Shown here piece after piece: positions 52,234-64,000 of a stretch of DNA of 64,000 nucleotides; within the stretch, counting starts at the first letter, position 1; each line of letters opens with the position of its first letter. A program made the position numbers and the translations under genes. Origin of the DNA: Camelus ferus (lineage: Eukaryota); the NCBI RefSeq assembly GCF_009834535.1, contig NC_045696.1:87732001-87796000 (forward strand), read 5' to 3'. The notes under the pieces were generated by a model. The model did no database searches. It was given only the letters and a program-made list of their open reading frames with translations, and was not told the origin of the DNA.

Positions 52234-53097
52234 TTTCAGAATGAAAAAACAGAACTAATTTACAGAATTGTTACTCCTTTTTGCTTTTATGCAAAGAAAC
52301 TTTCAGATGTCAAATCATTCATTTTGATTTGCATACCAGCTTATCAGTTTCAAATTCTGAACCACACATACAAACAATTTGAATGTAGATTACATACACC
52401 ATTTCCTATGGTAATCATCATGGGAGGCAAAATGTCAACACTAAAAAAAGCTACCCAAAGTCTTGGCAATTTTTCTCTTGAGGAAAATGCAAACAAGTAT
52501 GTGAGTCACCTTAATTTCTACTTGTAAATAGTCACTCAAGTACTTTCTTCTGAAATGGAAGTAAAGAAAAGTGATGTCATTCATCAGAATAACGTGCACT
52601 CAAAATAGCAATAATCTTAAAAATATTGGTGAGAAGGAAAATGATAAATGTTTTATACCTTATTTGGGCAGGATGTTATTGCCCTACCTTCAAAATTCAT
52701 TTAGCCTACTTTATGATGAACCTGTATTTTCTGAAAGTATTGTTCATTTAAGGCCAATGGAGACAGTAATTAGATACCATCCTCTAAAACACGAACTACA
52801 AACTTATCCTTTGACCACGATAACCTTGTTCTAAGACCCCCCCACATTTAAATGATTCAATAATACAAGTGAGTATTTGTCTGTAACAAGAGGTAATCAC
52901 CATTCATCAATCAATCATTTGTTTTCAATGAAATATAAACCTTTCTAACAGCATCATGCCCCAAAAGCTAAATTCTAGATGAGGAAGTAATTCATCTCTG
53001 CATTTGGCTTAGTCTCTCCTTAGGGATAACTTTTACTTTATTGACAATGATCCTGGGTCTTCACATAGCAAAAAGAATTATTTAAAGAAAGAAATAT

Positions 53098-53155
53098 ATA
53101 CATATGAACATAAATTATATATATATGAACATATTATATGAACATAAATTATATA
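53098..53155. repeat. Short AT-rich tandem repeat (ATATGAACATA core x3)
   Basis: Read directly. Confidence 0.8.
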
Positions 53156-53569
53156 AATGAGTTGTTCTTTCATATTCTTCTGAAAAAACACAACAAAAAT
53201 GAAATACAGGTAATTATGGTTAAAATGATAACAGTGCAATATGGAGATTTTTAAACTATGCATACAAATATACATGCACATATACCCTTTTTAATATTTC
53301 CATATAGTAATGTTGTCACTATAACCCTAATAATTAACGTGTGTATAAGTATCTTTCTGTATCTTCATAACATACCCCCAAATAAGAGTGATTACATCAA
53401 CCAGACCAAATTCTTCTACTCGACCTGTCAGACAAGTTGTACTTTTTAAATGATATCCCAGAGAGACCAACAAGACTTGGAAAATCAGAACAGCAATCTA
53501 AAACTTTAATGTTTTAAACTAAGGAAGTACTTGTACGTCCTCAAACTAGGAATAGTCTTCACTAGAATC

Positions 53570-54180
53570 ATCCATCCAAATTCTCACCACTTCTCACCAC
53601 TTCCACCACTGCCACCTACAATCTCTTGTGTTTGCAGCAGCCTCCTAAACTTATGATTGGCACCTACTTTTGCACCAAGACTGACTGCCTATTTCTCACA
53701 AAGCATTCTTTTCACTTACCCCTTGAAACCTAAAAATGTCCGTATCACTGTTGAATCTGGACCCTGGCTACTTCTCTGAGTCATCTTCTTCCCATTCCTT
53801 TTCGCTCTACCAAATCTAGCCACGCTCTTATCCCACATACACATGCACACACATGCTCACCCATGAAGTGCTACACAGTTCTCTTCCTTCATTCATTCAG
53901 GTACCCGCCAGAAAGCCTTCCTGGCCACCATACCTAGAAAGTGTCCTGCTCTACCTATTCTCCACTCCATCTCCTTTTTCTGGCTTTTCTTCTCTCATCT
54001 GGCTCTATTTTTTTCACTTATTGTCACCTAATGTATTATTGATTTTCTGCCAGCCAACACTTAAATGATGAGTCAGTGACATTAGGGATTGTGTCTGTTT
54101 TGCTCACTGCTGTTATATCCAGCACACAGAACAGTGCCTAGCACATAATAGGTGCTCAGTAAGTATTTACTGAATGAAAT
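53570..54180 (+). mobile_element. LINE-2 3' end
   Basis: TGTCTGTTTTGCTCACTGCTG...AGAACAGTGCCTAGCACATAATAGGTGCTCAGTAAGTATTTACTGAATGAA. Confidence 0.9.
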
Positions 54181-55189
54181 AATTACTCCTTTGGAGATTC
54201 AAGTTCAGCAATGGTAGTCTATGGTGCAGGCTTCGCTACTTTTGTGGTTATAGAATGTGTGTCAGGGGATAGTGTTTATGTATGTGTGTGTGTGTGTGTA
54301 TTTCTAGTGCAAAACCAATAGAATTTCTCTGTAGAAAAAAAAAATGATTAAAAGGAGAAAGGATGGAAATTATAGCCACCATGAATCATGAATTCTATTA
54401 CTAAGAAATAAACATTACTAAAATATTAGTGAGTATCTTCCTAATCCTTTTGTTTTCCTATGAAAATTCTGCCACTAATTTTAAGTGTATTTTATAATTA
54501 AGTTCTCATTTTTTTTTTCATTTGCAGTGACTCAGATTTATCCTCTAAATATGCAGGTTGAAAAAACATTTTTCAAGGCCCTACTAGATAGAGTCCAGAT
54601 ACAATAAAATATGTTGAATTATTTTTAATTCTCATCAGTGGCCCCAAAACGTTTGTCATAATTGTATCTGTACATAAGACAATTTTCCCATCTAATTTGG
54701 ACCACATTGTTCAGATATATTTGCTAAAATAAAAATGTTTTAAGATGTTCAGTTTCTCTTCCTAAATCTCTATAACTTGCAATAAAAACTATTAGGATTA
54801 TATATTAATTTTATTTTATTACTGTTTCCATTGAAAGGCATTATCATATGAAATTGCAATTTCTCTTTGAAAAAAATTTTCTTGTCAAAAGGCAAAAAAA
54901 ATGTTTCTATTCCCTCAATCTACAGTGGCAGACTTTCAAGTCAATTTCTACGTTCCCAGGATTTAACAAAATGAAATGTAAAGGTATAAGGAATAAAACG
55001 GAAACATAAAAACAGAAGATGGTGAGAAGAGAGGATGATAAAACAGTTTTATCATGAAGCATAAAAATCTTACAATGAATATGACACAATAATGAAAAGC
55101 ATATACACATGAAGGCAGGAATTTATGATATCAGTTTTGCTCATTTTGTTCTCAAAATGCTCAAGGATTTTAAAAATAATTTTTATTTT

Positions 55190-55730
55190 TAGACCAAAGT
55201 CTTCTCACATTCTTTTCAATTCTCCTGATGCTGACTGCAGCCAATTTTGTAGCTGCATACGCTGTACACATTCGCAGTTTTGGGGGAAAACAGACCTTTC
55301 TCTTACATCTACCTCAGCCCCCTCAAGCAGCATTTGCTGTAGGCAATCGTGCAGAGGTGATTTCTTTAGAGATTTAAAGGATGCACAGAAGCAGCTGAAC
55401 ATGAAAGTGTGACAAAAGAATAAAGGAGAGAGGGGGAAAGGATAACAAAGAACTATTTTTGTCTTTAAAAGGTCACCACAAAATATGTATTAAAAGGCGC
55501 GACAGCAGTAGCAATCAGGAAAAGGTTTTCACTGGCAGAGTCTAGATCTCCACCGCCTTACTGGGAACTTCACATTAGCAACGCTTCTTGTGAGGCGCCT
55601 TTGGGAAATGATTCATATTTTTCTTATTAAGTGATCCCTGGTGCTAGACAGTGCTATTGATGTGAAAACATGGATATCCAGCAATTCAAAACAGTTCTTT
55701 TGCTTTTTAAGGTGAACTCTCTGTTCTAAT
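55190..55730. promoter_or_regulatory. Candidate conserved non-coding element / enhancer
   Basis: Repeat-free, with 8 CpGs between 55260 and 55600 in CpG-poor surroundings; CAGCTG, TGACA, AAAGGTCA and TAGCAAC motifs. Confidence 0.4.
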
Positions 55731-56059
55731 AACAGTAAGTGATGTTTTCAATTATAGCTAATTAATGTGGAGAGGGACATGAATGATGCACAGCTTATTC
55801 CCTTTTGGAATTAGGCCCTGTCACCTCATCCTCCTCAGGGCTTCTGAACCCATGGTAGGGTTTCAAAGAGGGATTTTTATCTGTCCCATCATGAACAAAT
55901 GCAATGCACCATATGATCAATGATACAACTAATTCCTAAAAATATCCAGGCTTCACAATAAAATTTTTTATTTAAAAAAATTGTCAATTTTATATCAAAA
56001 TAATATATAAAGTATAACTTTTTTCTCTGCATAGGAGGAACAAGTTTGAGTGGCAATAC

Positions 56060-56290
56060 ATCATTGTGATATAGTGTACAGACTCCACAGTGAGAGTGCC
56101 TGGTGTGAACTCAAATTCTGCCTCTTACTGATTATACAAACTTGATCAAGTTATTTAATCTCTCTGGTGCTCAGTTTCTTCAATTGTAAAATGAGGGTTG
56201 AATACCTACTTAAAATAGTTTTTGTGAGGGTTTCCTGAGATACCACGCGTCAAGATGTGAGATGCCCAGCACACAATACGTGCCACATAA
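56060..56290 (+). mobile_element. MIR SINE
   Basis: CAAGTTATTTAATCTCTCTGGTGCTCAGTTTCTTCAATTGTAAAATGAGG core. Confidence 0.9.
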
Positions 56291-56294
56291 ATCC

Positions 56295-57255
56295 TCCTTT
56301 TAGCCTTTCTTGTAAAGCAGGTCTAATGGTGATAATCCCTATCAGCTTTTATTTATCTACTTTTTATTTATTTACTTCTTTCTCCTTTTTGAATGACACT
56401 TCTAGGTACAATATTCTTGGTTAGCAGGGTTGTTTTTTCCTTTCAGCACTTTGAATATATCATCCAACTCTCTTCTGGCATGCGAGGTTTCTGCTTAGAA
56501 TGGGTTGATGGCCTTGCATGGTTCTTTTATGTGATGACAGACTTTTCTCACGCCCTCTGATGTCTGTTTGCGGTACTACAGGTTCTTTGGACTTAATGCA
56601 AGTTCCCTTACTCTCTTTTGTTCTCAGCTACCCTAGGTTTCTAGAATATGCTGGGTACCATCAGCACTCCTCAGATTTGGCAAGACAGAAACCAGGCATC
56701 ATGCAGCCCCCTGGAAAGCTGGGACACTGGGTGCATGCTTCAACTATGTCTCTCCCCGAGGCTGAAGCTAGGAGTTGAGGGTTTTCTCCTGCTCATTCCA
56801 CTTGGGGAAGGGCTGTGGTACATGAGCAAGTACACACTGGTGCAAATCATCCCATTTGTTCTCAGCAGCCCTGAAGCTGGTGCTCTTTCTTATCAGTACT
56901 TAGATTCAGGCAGTACATAAACAAGTCCCTCAGGCAGCCTCCTTTAAATGGTTGGAACACTGGATGTATGTTTCAGCCTGTTCTTTTCCTCTCCAGGGGG
57001 AAGCCAGGATGTGGGTTTTTGTTTTTTTTTTTTCTCTCAATAGTGCCATGCTGAGAGAATTACTAGTGAGTGCCATGAATTTTCCTACAGGCTTTGATGT
57101 GGCTGGTTTTGTGCTCCCCTGAGGTACAGGAGATTCTTAATTGTTTTCAGGATTTTTACAAAGGGAATTGGTCCATATAATGTTGTCAAGTTAGTGTTTC
57201 TGTGGGGGAAGGAGGACCAGGAGCTTTCTATTCCACTGTTTCTCACATCATCTTC
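56295..57255 (-). mobile_element. Old L1 5' region (ORF1 fragment and probable 5'UTR)
   Basis: TTCTTGTAAAGCAGGTCTA...CTTTCAGCACTTTGAATATATCATCCAACTCTCTTCTGGC...GGTTTCTGCT is antisense L1 ORF1; the GC-richer part resembles an L1M 5'UTR. Confidence 0.7.
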
Positions 57256-57689
57256 CATGGTTCACTTATGTTCTTGCTGTACAGAATTTCAGGGTATAAC
57301 TTCACATAGCTTATCTATTCTATTGGTGCCAGAAGAAGAGGAATGACAATAATTCATTCTTTTCATCATTAATTAATAAAAGTTTCATGTTGTATGCCTT
57401 GTAACTAATGAGTTGGTTCACTGCCTTTCTTATTAAAATAACTGTTTTTATTCATTTGAAATATTATATACATACTTTTAAGCAGATAGTGAAAAGAAAG
57501 TCTTTATGCATGAACCCTGGCAACATTAATACCAACTAATTGTGAATCTTTTCATTTAAGAAAATTTCATTTTTTCCCCAAAGGGCTATTGCTTTGTCCA
57601 AACTCTAATTATAAAACAATGTTTGTTTGTTTGTTTGTTTTTAGCTAATTTTCTATCCTAACCTTGTCTTATTTAAATATATTTGGGGT

Positions 57690-58260
57690 TATTTCTGAAC
57701 ATCATGTACTGTTCAATTTGATGTATTAGTCTCCATACTCCACAGCTCTAAAGCATTCTTGGTTAGAGGTTATGATATGTTTTAATACCTGGTATTCCTC
57801 TTCTCCTTCATGAAACCTCTAGAGCTTTTCTGGCTAATCTTGATTTTTATTTTTCACATAAAATTTGGAGTCGGTCGTCTAGGTAAAATTAAAAATCCTA
57901 ATGGCATTTTTTATTGTGATTCCATTAAAATGTTAGATTCACCAATTGACAAAAAGGTTGCCTTATATAATCTTTATAATATTTTTCTCTCTTTTAAATG
58001 TCATACGTCTTTCCATTTCTTCAAGTCATATTCAGTAGTGTTTTAAAAGTTTTCTTAGATCTTGCTTATTTTCTACTAACTTATTTTTAATTTTTTATCT
58101 CTTTCAGTATTCTAACTATGTCCTCTAACTATTTGATATTTGTGCTAAGAAAGTCTACTGATTGCTCTACATTAATCTTGGATCCAGACATTTTATTAAA
58201 TTCTCTTATTATTTATAACAGTTGTCTTTAGTTTGTTTTTTGTCTTTTGACTTTATGGTA
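57690..58260 (-). mobile_element. Decayed L1ME-type ORF2 fragment
   Basis: TTTATTTTTCACATAAAATTTGGAGTC...AAAAATCCTAATGGCATTTTTTATTG. Confidence 0.65.
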
Positions 58261-59620
58261 GTATTTTTCACGGAAAAAATTTGGATTTTCAAAGTACATA
58301 TTTTATTTGATTTTAGCATAAATCATATTTTATGTAAGTAGTGGTTAATTTTTAATTTAAAAGAAAGCTGAAAAACCCTTAGCTGAACTAAGAAAAACAG
58401 AAAGAAGACTCGAATGAAGTCAGAAGTGAAAGAGGAGACATTACAACTGATGCCACAGGAATTTAAAAGTTTGTAAGCGAGTACTATGAACAAATACCAA
58501 AAAATTGGATAACCTAGAAGAAACTCATAAATTCCTGAAACATACAACATACCAAGACTGAATCTTGAAGAAATAGAAAATTTGAACAGATCAATAATGA
58601 GTAAAGAGCTTAAGTCAGAAATTGAAAGCCTCCCAACAAAGAACAGCCAAGGACGGATGGATTCAGTGGTGAATTCCTACCAAACATTTAAAGAAGAATC
58701 AATGTCTGTTCTTCTCAAACTCCCCCAAAAGTTAAAAAGAACACTGCCAAACTCATTTTATGAGGCCAGCATTATCCTGACAACAAAGCAAGATAGGAAA
58801 TCACCGAAAAAGAAAAAAGAAAACTATAAGTCAGTATTTCTGATGAATATAAATGGAAAAATCCTCAACAAAATACTAACAAATCTAGTTTAACACCACA
58901 TTAAAAAGATCATACATTATGACCTAGTGGGATTTACCCCTGGGATGCAAGGATGGTTCAACACATGAATATCAATTAACGTGATACACCAAATCAACAG
59001 AATAAAGGATAAAAACCACATGATTATCTCAACAGATTCAGAAAAGCTTTTGACAAAATTTAACACCCTCTAATGATAAAAACCCTCAAAAACTAGGGAT
59101 AGAGGAAATTATATCAACATAATAAAAGCCACATGTGATAAATGCATTACTAACATTATACCTAATGGTGGCAAACTGAAAGCTTTTCCTCTAAGACCAA
59201 GAACATGAGAGGGATTCCTACTATTGACACTTCTATTCAACATAATACTGGAAGTCCTAGCCAGAGCATTTAGGCAAGGAAAAGAAATAGAAGTCATCCA
59301 AAGTGGAAATAAAGAAGTAAAACTTTCACTATTTGCAGATGACTTATATGTTGACAATCCTAAAGATTCCACAAAATAAAAAATTGTTTGAACTAGTAAA
59401 TTCAGCAAAGCTACAAGGTACATTAGTCAACATGCAAAACTTGGCTGTATTTCTATACACCAACAGTAAACAATCAAAAAGGAAATTAAGAAAGCAATCT
59501 TATTTACAATAGCATCAAAAAGAATAAAATACTTAAGGATAAACTTATCCAATGAAGTGGGAGATTTCTACACTGAAATCTATGAAACACTCCTGAAAGA
59601 AATTAAAGATGACACAAATA

Positions 59621-59840
59621 TATTTGACCCTTAAACAACACAGGTTTGAACTGTGCAGGTCCACTTATACATAATTTTTTTTCAATAAATATGTACTGCA
59701 GTACTTCATGATGCATGGTTGGTTGACTCTGCAGATGCAGAGCCACAGATACAAAGGGCTAAGTGAAAAGCTATACAAAGATATTCAACTGTGCAGGGCG
59801 TTGAGTGTCCCTAACCCCCCAATTATTCAAAGGCCAACTG
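59621..59840 (+). mobile_element. MER8-type MITE (Tigger2 derivative)
   Basis: TTGACCCTTAAACAACACAGGTTTGAACTG...TTCAAAGGCCAACTG with TA on both sides (59619-20, 59841-42). Confidence 0.9.
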
Positions 59841-59952
59841 TAAATAGAAATTCAATCCCTATGAAAATCCCAATAACTTTTTTTTCCAGAAATAGAAAAA
59901 ACAATTCCTGAGGAACTGTATAGGACCTCAAGAACAAAGCTAGATACTTCCT

Positions 59953-60500
59953 ATTCAGCCATAAAAAATGACAACATAATGGCATTTGCAGCAACATGGA
60001 TGTCCCTGAAGAATGTCATTGTAAGTGAAGTAAGGGGGCAGGTGGAGGAGGAGAAGGGGAGGGGGAAGGGGAGGAGGAAGAGAAGGAGAAGGAGAAGGCG
60101 ACAACGACAAATGAACTTAAATATAAAACGGAAACACTCATATACATAGAATACAAACTTGTGGTTGCCAGGGGGTAGGGGGGTGGGAAAGGACAGACTG
60201 GGAGTTTGAAATCTGTAGATACTGACAGGTATATACAGAATAGACAAACAAGTTTATACTGTATAGCACAGGGAAATACATACAAGATCTTATGGTAGCT
60301 CATGGAGAAAAAGAATGTGACAATGAATATATGTATGTTTAGGTATGACTGAAAAATTGTGTTCTACACTGGAAATTGACACAACATTGTAAATTAACTA
60401 TAACTCAATAAAATAAAATTTAAAAAAATAAAAAATAAAGCTACAATTATGGTGCTTTTGCTGGACATCATAGCCAGTTCAAAAAAAAAAAAAAAAAAGA
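59953..60500 (+). mobile_element. Young camelid-type L1 3' end with a probable 3' transduction
   Basis: L1 3'UTR (TATACTGTATAGCACAGGGAAAT), first A-rich tail, 41 unrelated nt, then A18; TSD CTAGATACTTCCT at 59940-59952 and 60501-60513. Confidence 0.9.
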
Positions 60501-61939
60501 CTAGATACTTCCTGACTTAAAAACATAACTCAAAGCTGCAGTAATCAAAACAGTATGGTACTGGCATAAAGACAGACATAAAGATCAATGGAATAGATTA
60601 GAGAGCACAAAAATAAACATAAGCTCTTAAGGTCAAAGATCTTCAAAAAGTGTGCCAAGACTATACCATGGGGGAAGGGCAGTCTCTTCAACAAATGGTA
60701 CTGGGAAAATGGATATCCACATGCAAAAGAATGAAATTGGATCTTCATCTTATATCACACACAAAAATCACTCAAAATGTATTAAAGGTTGGAACGTAAT
60801 ATCTATAAATATCTAAAATATAAAACTCATTAAATAAAACATAGGAGAAAGACATCATAACATTGACATTGACAATGATTTCTTTATATGACACCAAAAG
60901 TACAGACAACAAAAGCAAAAACAGGCAAGTTGGAATTAAAGTATACTTAAAAGCATCTGTACAGGAAAGGAAACAATCAACAAAGTGAAAAGACAATCTA
61001 TAGAATGGGATAAAATATTTGCAAATCATGTATATTATAGGTGGTAATACCCAAAATATGGAAGGAACCTTTACAACTTAATAGCAAAAAATCAAATAAA
61101 CTGATTAAAAACAGGCAATGGACTTGAATACACATTTCTCCAAAGAACATATAGAAATGACAAACAGGTACATGAGAAGATGCTCATGATCACTTACATC
61201 AGGGAAATAAAAATCAAAACCACAATAAGGTTATCACTTCATACCTGTTAGGATGACCATTATCAAAATAAGAGAAAATAACAAGTGTTGGTGAGGATGC
61301 AGAGAAACTGCAATCCTTGTGCACTGTTGGTGGAAAAGTAAAACAGTGTGGCCTCTATGGAGAACAGTATGAAGGTTACTCAAAAAATTAAAAATAGAAC
61401 TACCATAGTATCCAGAAATACCACTCTGGGTTTTTAACTAAAATAATTAAAATCAAGATCTCAAAGAGATATTTGCACTCTCATATTCATGCCAGTATTA
61501 TTCACAATAGCCAAAAAGTGGAAATTGCCATTGATGGATGAATGAACAAAGAAAATGTGGTATATACATACAATGGAATATTATTCAGCCTTAGAAAAGA
61601 AGGCAATCCTATTATATATTGCAACAGGTATTGACTGAGGATCTTATGCTAAGTGAAATAAGCCAGTCACAGAAAGATAAATACTGCATAATTACATTTA
61701 TATGAGGTATTTAAAGTAGTGAAACTCATAGAAGTACAAAGAAGATTGGTGGCTGTCAAGCTTAGAAAGTTGCAGTTTTAAGGATCTTACTCATAATTTT
61801 GTAATTTGGCATCTAGACAGTTGGTGTTTAATTTCAATATTATGTGTAAGTTTTTTGTCATTTTGAAAATATAATTTTATGTTGCATTATATGGGGAGAT
61901 TCAAATGAGCACCATAATTTTTTTCAGTAAATAATTCTT

Positions 61940-62043
61940 TCTTTCCTTTTTCTTTTCTTTCCTTAATGGAGGTACTGGGGATTGAACCCAGGACTTCATG
62001 CATGCTAAGCACGTGCTCTACCACTGAGCTATATCCTCCCCCA
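61940..62043 (-). mobile_element. tRNA-Ala(AGC)-derived SINE, Vic-1 type (camelid)
   Basis: The - strand reads GGATATAGCTCAGTGGTAGAGCACGTGCTTAGCATGCATGAAGTCCTGGGTTCAATCCCCAGTACCTCCA plus a purine-rich tail; TSD CAGTAAATAATTCTT / CAGTGAATGATTCTT (61925, 62044). Confidence 0.85.
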
Positions 62044-62175
62044 CAGTGAATGATTCTTAATGCAGTGTTTTTCAGCATGCCCTCACCTTTGCTCCCATCA
62101 GCTCTACACCTAACTTTTGCATCAGGCAACAGTGGACACGATTTCCTACACTTTTGAAGGCAATACAATGTAGGA

Positions 62176-62352
62176 CAGTAGTTCTTAACAATGGCGGTAC
62201 ATTTGTATCACCCAAGAGGCTTCAAAAATGTCCTGAGGCCCCGGCCTCACCCAAAGAGGTCTGATTTAATTGTTCTGGGATGGAAACTGGTCATTAATAA
62301 TTACAAAACTTCCTTAAGTGATTCCAGGATGCACGTAGGATGCAAACAACTA
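62176..62352. mobile_element. MER5B/MER5A-like hAT MITE
   Basis: CAGTAGTTCTTAAC...ATCACC...TCTGATTTAATTGTTCTGGGATGG...GTGATTC. Confidence 0.8.
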
Positions 62353-62404
62353 GTGTAGTGGGTTCAGGTAGCAGGTTCAAGAGTGAGATTGCTTTAGTTC
62401 AGAT

Positions 62405-62626
62405 CAGGAGTCAGCAAACTGTGGCTCACAGGCCAAATCTGGCCAGCTACTTGTTTCTGCAGATCACATTTATCAAAAACAGACATACACTCTTGTTTCA
62501 GGCTTGTCTGTGGCTGCTTTCTCCCCACACAGGCAGAGCTGATGAGTCGTAGCAGAGACTACAGGATCCATCAAGACTAAAATGTTTACTATGGGCCTGT
62601 TACAAAAAACAATTTTTCAATCTTTG
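62405..62626 (+). mobile_element. MER58A-like hAT-Charlie MITE (full length)
   Basis: CAGGAGTCAGCAAACT...GGCCAAATCTGGCC...TGTCTGTGGCTGCTTT; degenerate 8-bp TSD GTTCAGAT/GTTTAAAT. Confidence 0.85.
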
Positions 62627-62819
62627 GTTTAAATCCTAGATTTAAGGTCTATGATCCTAAAACTACTGAAAAGCAGTGGTGTACTCGTAAATGTTTAATA
62701 ACCAGTACCTGCAGGTTTGGAGAGGTGATGGCAGCATGGAAGACCTGATTTGTAGAATCTGCTTATTTCTGTGGTGTACATTTTTAATTTCAGATAGTTC
62801 ATATGCAGAAGTGGGAAGA

Positions 62820-63290
62820 AATGCACACAACTTGCTCTCATAAGAAGTCATTTCATTATACTTGTGAGATTTATCCAAGTTGTTACAAGCAAGGGCAGTA
62901 AGTTGTTTTCTATTGCTGAGTGGTACGCCATTGTATGAATACACCACAATCTGTTCACTCAGTCTCCTCCTAAGAGAGGTTTGCAGTTTTTTTTCAGTGT
63001 TTTGCAATTAGGAATACAGATGGTATGAACATGTTTATGTAGTATCTGGGCATATATGTGTCAAATTCACTTGGGTAAGTATATAGGCACCAAATTGCTG
63101 GGTCAGAAAAGAGATGTTCAACTATATAAGAAAATTCTAAACTGTAACAATGCAAAGGGACTAGTATGTCAAATGAGAAGGATCTGTCCATATTTTGCAA
63201 CCCATCAAAGACATGTATTATCTTAAAATATACCATAAATAAAATGCCATATAGAATTTTATAGTAATTTTAAATTGCAGACAATAAAAT
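62820..63290 (-). mobile_element. Old L1 (L1ME-type) 3' fragment
   Basis: TTGTGAGATTTATCCAAGTTG...CCATTGTATGAATACACCACAAT...AATTGCTGGGTCA. Confidence 0.8.
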
Positions 63291-64000
63291 CATATAAATG
63301 TTTAAAGGATATCAAACAGTATAGTCAGTGTATACATTATGCAAATAAAACCAAGGGGAAAAAAATATCAATCACCAAACAGCTAGTAAGAGAACACCCC
63401 AAATATCTCTTCAGATTTTCTATTGGATTATAGTTTTAAAAAGTCACATATTCAAAAGTACATTGACTCATTTAGATATAGTTACTATAACATTACTATA
63501 TTCATATGCTGTGATAATTTTTGTAAGTCCCATTCTTAGCAAATCAAAACAACTTTGCTCAAATTATATGAATATTCCCAATGTACAATCCTCTTAGCAT
63601 AAGGGATTAAAAAAGAGCTTAACCCTAAAAAATCAATCACTCTCAACAGCCTTTTTTATTCTACCACCCTGCTCAATCCAAAAACAGTTCAAGGAGTTTT
63701 CTCTTTGTCCTTCATGTTACTTAGTTTCCCAATATATCTAGTGTAATAAGTGTAATAAAGAGGTCAGTGAATGTATTAGAGAGAAGAAACATTTTAGTTT
63801 ATATCTAGTTAAACTTACTCTTTACATCCGGTTAAACTTATGATCAAAAAAATCGTAACACCTCTCAGCCGAAAGATTACATATTGTGACTGAAGAGAGA
63901 AAAATAAGATTGAAAATTACATCTCAATAAAACGTTTTATTTCACCTTGAGCCAGTTAATAAGAAGGCTGTCTCTACATAGCAATGCTTTGGAATCATCA

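Larger units (their letters stand above)
58360..61765 (+). mobile_element. 5'-truncated L1 (L1MA-type): disrupted ORF2 plus 3'UTR, with nested MER8 and a younger L1
   Basis: ORF 58582-58893 (LPTKNSQG...LPNSFYEASII...KILNKIL) matches L1 ORF2p; RT motif LFADD at 59329-59343; many stops and frameshifts. Confidence 0.95.

Noticed and set aside
58582..58893. ORF with clear similarity to L1 ORF2p
   Set aside because: It is a fragment of a dead L1 with surrounding stops, frameshifts and nested insertions, not a host CDS.
61966..62042. Functional tRNA-Ala gene
   Set aside because: The retroposon tail, TSD and CpG-decay substitutions indicate a SINE copy.
1..64000. CRISPR arrays, operons, viral ORFs, NUMTs, known miRNA/snRNA genes, and the remaining 60-133 aa ORFs
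   Set aside because: No repeat-spacer structure or recognisable sequence was seen by eye; the ORFs have lengths and composition expected by chance or lie in repeats. Small exons or RNAs could have been missed without a database search.

Overview
Mammalian, AT-rich, CpG-depleted non-coding DNA, either a large intron or a gene desert. It is most likely from a camelid, judging by a tRNA-Ala(AGC)-derived Vic-1-type SINE and cetartiodactyl-type L1 3' ends. I recognise no protein-coding exon, rRNA gene, functional tRNA gene or CRISPR array; the ORFs are chance frames, microsatellite artefacts or decayed L1 ORF2. Much of the window is fossil transposons: L1, L2, MIR, MaLR/ERVL solo LTRs, and Tigger and hAT MITEs. 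Between them lie several repeat-free blocks rich in homeodomain, POU, SOX, PBX and MEIS motifs that look like conserved enhancers (inferred, not tested). The most unusual directly visible structures are: (1) a perfect 96-bp inverted copy of 46046-46141 inserted into a MER21 LTR at 36577-36672; (2) a young L1 insertion with a probable 41-nt 3' transduction inside a 13-bp TSD (59940-60513); (3) a diverged ~255-bp direct duplication (51216-51471 / 51974-52233); (4) a perfect 24-bp inverted repeat at an L1 5' junction (18065-18088 / 19042-19065); (5) an ultra-short retrotransposon insertion with a perfect TSD (6564-6617). I found no support for a new gene system. Repeat family names are from recalled consensus sequences, and many repeat boundaries are approximate.
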